Assembly: GCA_030704615.1 (NCBI GenBank) | Contig: CM060734.1 | Coordinates: forward strand, 30,566,001-30,630,000 | Length of the DNA: 64,000 nucleotides | Reading direction: 5' to 3' | Source of the DNA: Takakia lepidozioides | Taxonomy: Eukaryota; Plantae; Bryophyta | Shown here: positions 53,714-64,000 of the stretch, one piece after another | How the letters are laid out: each line of letters starts with the position of its first letter | Numbering within the stretch: the first letter of the stretch is position 1 | Notes under the pieces: generated by a model | What the model saw: only the letters and a program-made list of their open reading frames with translations | Database searches by the model: none | Told to the model about the DNA's origin: nothing | Position numbers and translations under genes: made by a program

Positions 53714-56700
53714 CGACTGGAATGAGAAGATCCTCATTAGTCAGTTTCGATGTGGCCTAAAAGAGGATGTAAAAGATTTATTGCTGACAATGCCAAACGT
53801 GAGTACACTGAGCAAATTGATCACCCAAGTCATTGCATGCGATAATCGTTTGTTCGAAAGACGTCAAGATAAGCGATCTGGATGGAAGAAGACGCACCAT
53901 GCCGCTGCTACTACGGCACCAAACACAACGATCCATCAGACATCCGGTAATGATCATATGCAGATTGATGCTGTCCGATTCAAGTCATTGACGCCACAAG
54001 AAAAACAAAGACGACGCTCGAATGGATTATGCCTTTATTGGAAGATGATCATATAGCATTAAACTGCCCCAACAAGAGAAGATTCAAAGCTCGGGGCACA
54101 ACTCAAATGGAAAATGAAGATGTCCAGTCACAGTAAGGACCATGCGGCTCGACACCCCGATTTCCTCACCAAAAAAAGGTCTCTTTCTACCTCCAGACCC
54201 TGTACCTTGTTTCACAGTTCCAATAAAAATCAAGATGCAAAATCGAGATATCTCCGTAGAAACACTTTTAGACTCGGGCGCTTCAGCGTGTTTTATTGAC
54301 AAAAACTTTGCGAAACAACACAATTTAACGCTCGTAAGAAAGAAATTCTCGGCCTCTGTTGAAGTCATCGATGGACGACCGTTAGCATCAGGAAATATTG
54401 ACCATGAAACTCGACCCCTTGAAGTGAAGCTTAAAAATCAAGCATCACAGATTGTTTTCAATGTCATCCAGTCTCCAACGAATCCTGTGATCATTGGACT
54501 TCCCTGGTTTGTACTTCATAATCCTGACATCGACTGACGATCACGAAAAATTTCGGCAAGACAAAAATGCAAAAGTACCAAATGTATTCAACCCCTGTTT
54601 CTTGGAGCTGGGGCCTTCATGAGAGCTGCGAAGAAAGACGCGACATTTGCACTTTATGCGACTCCGATCAAAACCACAACAGACCAAGGTACTTCGATAT
54701 TACCCACTCAATATCAAGATTTCAAGGATGTTTTCGAAAAGAAAAATGCAGACATGTTGTCAGAACATCGACCTTATGATTGTGCAATTGAGTTGCAAGA
54801 AAGAGCTCAACTACTTTTCGGCCCAATCTACAATTTATCTCAGACGGAGCTGGCTGCTTTACGCGAATACATTGATGAAAATTTGTCAAAGAATTTCATT
54901 CGATATTCAAAATCACCCGCGGGAGCACCTATCTTATTTGTGAAGAAGAAGGACGGATCGTTACGCATGTGTGTGGACTATGGTGGGCTCAACAAAGTCA
55001 CTATAAAAAATCGTTACCCACTACCATTGATTTTCGGACTCCTCGAACAACTTGGACGAGCAAATTTTTTCACAAAAATCGACTTGAGAGAAGCTTACAA
55101 CCTTGTACGAATAAGAGAAGGAGACGAATGGAAGACTGCTTTTCGCACAAGATACGGATATTTCGAATACAGTGTTATGCCTTTCGGTCTTACAAATGTT
55201 CCAGCAATTTTTCAACATATGATGAATGACATTTAGATGACTTTGTAGTCATCTATTTGGACGATATTTTGATATTTTCACAGAATGAAGAAGAACATGG
55301 TCGCCATGTACATATTGTCATTGATAAATTGAGGGAAGAAAAGACTATATGTCAAGTTGGAAAAATGTCTTTTCCACCAATCTGAAGTCGAATTTTTGGG
55401 CTACATTATTTCCGACAAATGAGTCTTTATGGATCAGAAGAAAATACAAACCATCATCGAGTGGATTAAACCAACTGCGGTCCGAGATATACAATGTTTT
55501 CTAGGATTTGCAAAATTCTATAGAATCTTCATCAAGGACTACTCCAAAATTGCTGCACCATTGACACGACTCACAGGGAAGGACGAATTTGTATGTGACG
55601 AGAAGGTGGACCAAACATTTGAAAGGCTGAAGCAGGCATTTACAATGGCTCCAATACTGGTACATGCAGACCTATCTAAACCATTCTTTTTGGAAGCAGA
55701 TGCATCGGACTTTGCACTTGGCGCGGTACTCTCTCAACACGGTGCAGATGGCCGACTTCACCCTGTTGGGTTTCGTTCTCGCAAATTTTCCGCTGCGGAG
55801 ATCAATTATGAAATCCATGACAAAGAATTTCTAGCGATTATCGATGTTTATGAGGAGTGACGTCATCTATTGGAGGGAGCTAAACATCATGTCACTGTCT
55901 ATACCGATCACAAAAACCTTGAGTATTTTATGAGTGCTCGTGTTTTGAATCGACGTCAAGCGAGATGAAGTATGTCACTAGCAAAGTTTGAGGAAAACCG
56001 GATGCTCTTTCTCGACGATCGTATCTTGCGCCAAAAGAAGGGGATACAGCTTTTGACCAACAGAAATCCATCATCTTGAAATCAACAAATCTCCAATTGA
56101 ATATGCTATCTATGTCCACCTATGACGATGTAGAGATCATAAAGGAGATTCAGGAAGCACTGAAGAGCGACCAATTTGTCACGACACTACGAAGTCAACT
56201 AAATCGACCTCGAGACAACCACATATTACAAATAACTTCGAATTCAAAGATGACTTACTTTATTTCAAGGGACTTCTCTATGTACCTCCAGGACCTACAC
56301 TACTTCGAATTCTTCAAACATGTCATGATCTTCCGGCTGCAGAACATTTCGGCTTCAACAAAACAATGGAATTGATATCCATGGACTATTGGTGGCCGCA
56401 GATGTGGAAACTTGTGAAAGAATTTATAAAATCTTGTGACACGTGTGCTAAAGCGCAGGGACCACGACATTGACCTTACGGCCTTCTTTAACCATTACCC
56501 ATTCCCAAGGGCCCATGGTCGTCCGTGTCTATGGACTTTATTACGGACCTTCCAATTTTCCAAGACCACCGATTCAATCATTGTTATTGTAGATCGTTTT
56601 ACGAAGATGACATATTTCATTCCATGTAATAAGACGGTTACCGGCGAGGAAACTGCAAGACTCTTCCTCAATAATATCTACCGTATTCATGGACTCCCGA

Positions 56701-57478
56701 AAGACATCGTATCTGATCGATGACCATAGTTCTTATCAAATTTCTGGAGGGGATTATTTCATATATTGGATACTAAGATCAACATCTCTACAGCTAATCA
56801 TCCACAGACTGATGGTCAAACCGAACGTGTAAACCAGATTTTGGAGCAGTATCTTCGCTGTACAATAAATTATCACCAAGATAATTGGACGGACATTCTG
56901 TCATTGGCTGAGTTTGCCTACAACAACACTCTACATTCTTCGCCCAAGCAAACTCCATTTTTCTCCAATTATGGCATCATCCTCGAGCAAACCGTTTCCA
57001 CATGAAGACTGTTGGAAGCCCTGCTGTAGAAAACCTTGCTACTCATCTTGCTATGATTCACAAGGAGCTTACATTCCACCTCGCAGGAGCTCAAAAACAA
57101 TACAAGAAGTATGCAGATCAACGTCGCCAATTCCAACCCCAGTTCAAGGTCGGAGATCGTGTATGGCTTTTTCGACGAGACATACAAACCTCGTGACCAT
57201 CAAGGAAGTTGGATTATCAACGCCTGAGACCATTCAAAATTATTCGACAAATAAATCCGGTCAGTTTTCGGCTTGAACTCCCACGAAGTATGCACATCCA
57301 TCCAGTCTTTCATGTTTCATTATTGGAGTTATATCATCCATCGAATATTCCAGGGAGAATCTCTGTACCACCTCCACCAATCGAAGTCAATCAGGAAATT
57401 GATTATGAATTCGACGAAGTCCTAGACTCTCGCATCAAGTATAAACGTCTTGAGTATTTCGTACATTGGAAAAGCTAC
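53714..57478 (+). mobile_element. Decayed Ty3/Gypsy chromovirus family B (gag end, protease, RT, RNase H, integrase, chromodomain)
   Basis: [82 protein letters not shown]; many stops and frameshifts. Confidence 0.93.
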
Positions 57479-58236
57479 GCTTTGGTAATACGTCACCTCC
57501 ACCGGACTCACCAGGATCATCATCTTTCGGGCCGTTCCGCTTTCGCTTTGGCTTGCCCGACCCCATGATGAGGTCGATCTCAAAGACGATCGCGTACTGC
57601 ACTCTAAGCTCTGATACCAAGTGTCGCGCACCTCACTTCGGTAAGCTCCCCTTCAAGTCATAGTTATTCGCTTTGATGCGCGCGCCTAACTCCAAAACTG
57701 GCCGCCGGGCCAACTCGGAACTTCGGCTGCTCACCGGGACATAACGGTCCCCCTTTGCTCCTCCACAAGACCCTCTCTCAATTTGGGCCTAGTGGAAATT
57801 CCCTTTGGTTGTTGGCAGTCCGGAACAGCTCCCCACATCTTGGTCGTTTTCCGGCTCGCACGCTTACTCACTAGTTTTTTGTCACCAACGGGTTTGCACC
57901 GTTCTCGGGGTTACTACTCTTTATTTATACTTCTGTGACTGTCCGCGGGGGTTTCACAAATAACACCGTCCTTTTATGGCGAACCACCACGAAGACCCTC
58001 CATTCCCGGTGGTGAGTCGCGGTGAGTCTTGGCCCACCCACCATGGCCCCATTGGACCGTGATGAGTCCCAAGACTCCCCACAACTCCCACCACAAGGTC
58101 TCCGCCCTATGGTGAGTCCTATGCTACCCCCACTAAGTCCCACTAAGCTACCACCACCCCTCATGGAACCACCCCCACCGCAACCCGGTGTGCGGGGTTC
58201 CACCTAGTGAGCGCCTCCGCCTCCTTGAGTGTCTTG
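57479..58236 (-). mobile_element. Gypsy family A 5' fragment (truncated LTR 57622-58236, PBS, gag start)
   Basis: Same LTR, PBS and MGSGKPKRKRNGPKDDDPGE as 52939-53713. Confidence 0.9.
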
Positions 58237-58990
58237 TGTCAAGGACGAGAGCATGACTGAACACAAACAAGAGATCAGACTAGAAGTACAAGACTAGACA
58301 AGAAGTCAATGTCGGCGTGGCCGAATGCATGATGGGTATACATGAATCAAGATGATCTTTATAACAATGGATAAGAGTACAAGATACTGGAACTTGACTT
58401 GGATACTGGAATGCTGGAAACTGGATTGAAGTACTAGATACTGGAAACTGGACTAGAGTACTGGAAGCTGGACTGGAGCACATGGACTGGAAACAAGAGT
58501 AGCTTGAACTTGTGTTGGCGAGAATGAAGAGTGTCCAGTCTCGCCTTCTATATATACTAGCTACTAAGAAGTCTCATAAGAAGCTTCCCCTATGGAGGTT
58601 TATTGATGGAGAAGTTTCCAAAAGTAAACAAAGGTTTCTTGATGGAGAAGCTTCCTTAAACAAATGAGGTATCTTGATGGAGAAGTTTCATCCAAAAGAA
58701 GCTTCCTAAGCAGTTTCCTAAGTTACTCTTGGTAATTTGATAAACTCCCGGTAACATGGTAAGTAATGGTAAATCATGGTAAATCATGGTAGATCATGAT
58801 AAATCACGGTAAATCATGGTAACTTCCCGGTAACATGGTAACTTGGTAACTTCTGGTATTTACTCCTCGTAAATTCATTTGGGCTATGTCCGTGACATCA
58901 CCCCTTTCTCTAGCACCGAGTTCCTCGAGGAGCAGTAAAATCTTGGACTTGCTTAGAGTTGGAGAAAATCCAAAATCCGGCGAATGGTAC
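58237..58990 (-). mobile_element. 3' LTR (58237-58897) with PPT of another Gypsy element, inserted into the family A LTR
   Basis: Inverted termini TGTCAAGGAC / GTCCGTGACA; minus-strand purine tract AGAGAAAGGGGTGA directly precedes the LTR; internal short tandem repeats. Confidence 0.8.
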
Positions 58991-59034
58991 TTGCCAAGTA
59001 TTTGGCTCTTCGTTCTTGACTCAAATGATTTATA

Positions 59035-59807
59035 GGTCCCTGCAACCATCGATAGTGTCCAACACCTTGAACTTGGGACCACACAGTGATTTGAGCATTC
59101 TGATTTTTGAAGCTGCCTTCAAACATGATTTCGTTGCCCTCTGGGTCCGAAGCCTCAACCTCCCTCAGAATTATAGTTGTCCGAAGATTCCATCAGCCGC
59201 TTGGTGGAAGCGGTGGTCGCCAAGACTTGCAAGGTAGGCAACTACTCTTGTGAGTTGTATTAGGAGACTGGCGCCTTGCGTAAAGGGAATCAGTTAATGT
59301 TCGAGAGTGGGATAATTTCCGAAACTAACGTGTCGTTGTTGGTGGACATAAGAGCGTCGCACTCCTTCATGACACCGGGCAACGGCATGGAAGCTGGGGC
59401 TCCCGACAAGTGATATGGGGGGTCCCTGCAACCATCGATAGTGTCCAACACCTTGAACTTGGGACCACACAGTGATTTGAGCATTCTGATTTTCGAAGCT
59501 GCCTTCAAACATGATTTCGTTGCCCTCTGGGTCCGAAGCCTCAACCTCCCTCAGAATTATAGTTGTCCGAAGATTCCATCAGCCGCTTGGTGGAAGCGGT
59601 GGTCGCCAAGACTTGCAAGGTAAGCAACTACTCTTGTGAGTTGTATTAGGAGACTGGCGCCTTGCGTAAAGGGAATCAGTTAATGTTCGAGAGTGGGATA
59701 ATTTCCGAAACTAACGTGTCGTTGTTGGTGGACACAAGAGCGTCGCACTCCTTCATGACACCGGGCAATGGCATGGAAGCTGGGGCTCCTGACAAGTGAT
59801 ATGGGGG
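59035..59807 (+). repeat. Near-perfect 386-bp tandem duplication
   Basis: ggtccctgcaaccatcgatag... starts at 59035 and 59421. Confidence 0.93.
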
Positions 59808-62660
59808 CTTCTATTGAAGTGTGTTCTACCAAAGAAGAACCACACTAGCGACGAGGTTGGCGTTCGTGTTCCTCTTCAGCTGGGGAGTTGGGAGGGACGT
59901 GAGAACTTCACCATTTGCGAGATTGATGGAATGGATCTCATATTGGGGATGATCTTTTTGAGCAAATCCGGAGCGGTCATAGTAGGCCGCAAGAGAATAG
60001 TCACGCTACCGTGTGAGAATGGTGGCGAAGTTTTACGGGTTTCAGAAATGCCCAACCGAGTGGGAGGGCGAATAAACCTGCTGTCAGCAAAGGAGTGGGC
60101 CGTGGAGGAGCCACACGAGCCCCAGTTTTGCTTTACGTAAGACAAGTGGAAGGAGAAGTCGATAGGAAGCCGAGCCCAGATTGGATCAAGGGGATCTTGG
60201 AGAAATTCCAGGATGTGATGCCGGAGGACTTCCCAAGCGGTTTGCCACCGCGAAGAGGAGTTGACCACAAGATAGAGGTGATACCGGGATCGGAGCAGCC
60301 TGCCAAGGCGCCCTACCGGTTGAGCCACAAAGAGTTGGTTGAGCTAAAGGCCCAGCTCAAGGATTTAATATCAAAGGGGTACATCCGACCGAGTAAGTCA
60401 CCTTACGGAGCCCCGATGCTATTCGCAGACAAGAAGGATGGGACGTTGCGGATGTGTGTCGATTACAGGGCGCTGAATAAGGTGACTATAAAAAACCGGT
60501 ACCTTTTGCCAAGGATCGACGACCTCTTCGATCGGTCGGCAGGAGCAACGTATTTCAACCGGATCGATTTGCGTTCAGGTTACCATCAAATCTGAGTGGC
60601 GGAAGGAGACGAGGAGAAGACCGCGTGCAGGACAAGATATGGTTCATATGAGTTCTTGGTGATGCCTTTTGGGCTCACCAACGCACCCGCGACCTTTAGC
60701 ACGCTAATGAACAGCCTTTTCCAGGAGTGGTCGGATGACTTTGTGATCGTGTACATCGACGACATCTTGGTATACTCGAAAACAAAGAAAGAGCACCTTG
60801 AGCACCTCAAAAGGGTGTTCCAGACATTGCGGGAAATGAAGCTGTATGCCAAAGCTTCAAAGTGCAAATTCGGGGTCACAAAAGTGGAGTTCCTAGGGCA
60901 TGTAATTACACAAGATGGGATCAAAATGGATGACAGAAAAGTGAGGGCGATCTTGGATTGAGAGCCTCCGACTTCGGTCCCGGGAGTGCGATTCTTCCTA
61001 GGACTCGCCTCTTATTACCGAGAGTATGTGAGAAATTTTGCCAAGATCGTGGGGCCGCTGTCAGGCCTTCTGTGTAAGTCCAAGGTATGGATATGGAGCA
61101 CCTTTTGTGGCCAACCTTTTGCCGAGTTGAAGCAGCGGATGGCGGAAGCTCCAGTCCTGAAAATCCCGGAGTTCGACCGTCCATTTGAGATTCATACGGA
61201 TGCGTCGGACTTCGCAATTGGGGGTGTGCTCATGCATGATGGACGTCCAGTGGCTTACGAAAGTAAAAAAACTGAATGAAGTGGAATGACGGTGGCCTAC
61301 ACACGAGAAAAAAATGAAGGCGGTGGTGCATTGCCTTGAGCTTTGGCGCCACTATGTTGGTTCCAACCCGGTGAAGGTGTTCACGAACAATGTCACGGTG
61401 AAGTATTTTGCCACGCAGCCTAAGTTATTCCAAAAACAACTTAGATGGCAAGACACTTTGGCAGTGTTCGACGTGGATATCCAGCACAAACCGGGACGGG
61501 ACAATGTGGTGGTCGATGCTTTAAGTAGAAAGCAGCAGCTCATGTTGGTTTACAAGGGCGAGACGACGCTCCAAAAAAAGATCCGGAAGGCTTACCGGAA
61601 GGATGAGATGGCGAAGTCCGTGATGCGGGACTTGAGGATGGGAGTTAAATCATAGTTCCACTTGCACAATGGACTGCTCCGGTACAAGCAAAAGCGCCTC
61701 CACGTGCCGAAGGGAGGGATCAGAGAGCTTGCGGGCCACGGCGGAGCCAAGCGCACCGCGGTACTCTTGAAGAACGAGTATTTCTGGCCCAAACTGAGGG
61801 AGGAGGCCGAGGAGTATGTCAAGACATGCACCACATGCCAACAAAACCAGAGCGAGTACAAAAAGCAAGCGGGGCTGTTACAACTCACTTGGATGCGGCA
61901 GAGTTCTGTTATAATAACACAAAACACTCCGCAACGGGAGTTTTCCTTTTGGTATTGGTCTATGAAAAAGCACCTTTGGTGCCGACAAGTTGGGCCGCCC
62001 AGGACGTTGAGGAACCGACAGCAGCAGCGGTGCTGGAAGAACGCGAACGTTTATTGAAGCTCGCAAAGTACAACATTGCCAAAGCTAAGAAACGGTTTGA
62101 ACGATAGACGAATCGGAAGCAAAGGGAAGTTAAGTTTGAGGCAGACACGGAGGTCTGGTTGAACATCAAGAATTTTCGACTACCTCCGGAAGTGAGTCCG
62201 AAGTTCGTATCTCCGTATGTGGGGCCCTTTCGCATCCAGAAGGTTATAAATGTGGATGTGTATGAATTGGAGCTGCCGGCAAACAACAAGGTGCATCCGG
62301 TATTCCACGTCTCCCTTTTGAAGCCTTACTTCAAAGATGAAGCGCGTCCGAATCGGCATCAAGTGTTGCGTTCGCCACCTGTGTTGTTGGATCATGAAAA
62401 TGAACCTGAGTACGAGGTGGAGGCAGTGCTTAAGTCGAGGAGGTTCAAGAATCGAGAAACGGAGTATCTCGTGAAATGGAAGGGCTATCATCAAGTGGAG
62501 GCAACTAGGGTGCGTGCCCCAGAAATGGGAAACGCATCCGAGGCAGTTGTAGCTTTCGAAGGGCGACCTCAAAAGCGGAAGAAGCGTTGATGGGGACATC
62601 AATCTTAGATCGTGGGGGAGGAAATGCATGCTTAGTCCGGCTTAGCTAACTCAGGAATCC
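59035..62660 (+). mobile_element. Gypsy family A internal fragment (protease, RT, RNase H, integrase with deleted core, chromodomain)
   Basis: [69 protein letters not shown], and a chromodomain nearly identical to 14..286. Confidence 0.92.
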
Positions 62661-63063
62661 GGACAGTAAAGGCGTGAGCAGAACCCGTAAGCAGATTCTT
62701 TTATCCGTGAGCAGATTCCCCCAAGCGTGAGCAGATTATTGATGCGGACCCTAAAAGCGAGGGAACAAGTGGGCCTATTGCCGCACACACAAACTCCACT
62801 GCAACGACGCAATTTTCTCTCATCGGACCGAAGACAGACAGGTTCCATGACGACAATGTGGCACAAACTGTCGGATGAATGTATCTATGATGAACGTAAA
62901 AGGAAATGGATGAACATTGGATGAACGTTGGATGAGTGTCGGATGAAAAATTGCCCAGATGAGTGAACCATGGATGACTGCAACAATATGTGCGCAGGGA
63001 TCCATGTGTTGTTGAGTTTAAATAAGTGGATTTTAATTTGGCGGAAGCTTAATTCCGGCCTAG

Positions 63064-64000
63064 AAGACCAGCTAGATTAAGCTGGCGCCAACGCCACCTT
63101 CATCTGGCACATTCAGAGGGGAAAAAACAAAAAATATTAAAAATATTATTTTTGTTTTTTTGTTTTTTGGAAAACTTGCAAATGAACCCAACCCCTGCTT
63201 TGCAAGCAAAAGATCTGGCGTTTACCCAGCATGGATTTCTGGTCACCTGGAAGAAGGACATGACAACGAATCATAGCCGAGTAATTTGTAGATGCCATTC
63301 ACCCCAAATAGCACACCAAAAGACCAGCCAGATTAAGGTGTCGTTGACGACACCTTAACCTGGCACATTCGGGGAAAATAAAATAATAATAATAATAATA
63401 ATTATAATAATAATTATTATTATTATTATTTGAAAACTTGCAAATGAACACAGTCCTTGCTTTGCAACAAAAGACCTAGCGTTTACCCAACATGGATTTC
63501 TGATCACCTGGAAGAAGGACATGACAACGAATCATAAACCGAGTAATTTGTAGATGCCATTCACCCCAAATAGCACACCAAAAGACCAGGCAGATTAAGA
63601 TGTCGTTGACGACACCTTAATCTGACACATTCGGGGAAAATAATAATCATAATAATAATAATAATAATTTTTTGGAAAAACTTGCAAATGTACCCAACCC
63701 CTGCTTTGCAAGCAAAAGACCTGGCATTTACCCAGCATGGATTTCTGGTCACATAGAAGAACGACATGACAACGAATCATAAGTTATATGGTTCGAGCAA
63801 TTTGTAGATGTCATTCACCCCAAGTAGCACACCAAAAGACCAGCCAGATTAAGGTGTCGTTGACGACACCTTAATCTTGCACATTCGGGGAATATATATA
63901 TATATATATTGAAAAACTTGCAAATGAACCCAACCCCTGCTTTGCAAGCAAAAGACCGTTTATCCAACATGGATTTCTGGTCACATGGAAGAAGGACATG
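63064..64000. repeat. Tandem repeat of about 255-262 bp with a 30-bp palindrome GATTAAGGTGTCGTTGACGACACCTTAATC and an embedded (AAT)n/(AT)n microsatellite
   Basis: Units start at about 63064, 63321, 63583, 63837; the array runs off the window. Confidence 0.9.

Overview
Eukaryotic, intron-containing plant DNA; the gene and retroelement content suggests a bryophyte/moss, which is inference. A small gene island (casein kinase 1, NAL1-like trypsin-family protein, decayed PPR-DYW gene, about 13.5-31.4 kb, all minus strand) lies among nested mobile DNA: Ty3/Gypsy chromoviruses and LTRs, a Ty1/Copia fragment containing a MITE, an RLE-type LINE fragment and two decayed Crypton-like (DUF3504-type) tyrosine-recombinase genes. 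The main unexplained structure is a repeated module seen in at least three diverged, decayed copies (2.2-7.0 kb, 7.4-12.3 kb, 42.6-51.9 kb). It pairs a GCM-type zinc-finger (+SWIM) gene, probably a Mutator-like transposase lacking its core, with a multi-exon gene fusing a ParB-like domain to a prokaryote-type beta-class N6A/N4C DNA-methyltransferase fold. Each copy carries its own 24-30 bp palindrome, arrayed mostly at whole multiples of about 10.5 bp (42, 53, 84, 94, 105 bp). One array looks superficially like CRISPR. All protein-family calls come from motif recognition by eye, not database searches.
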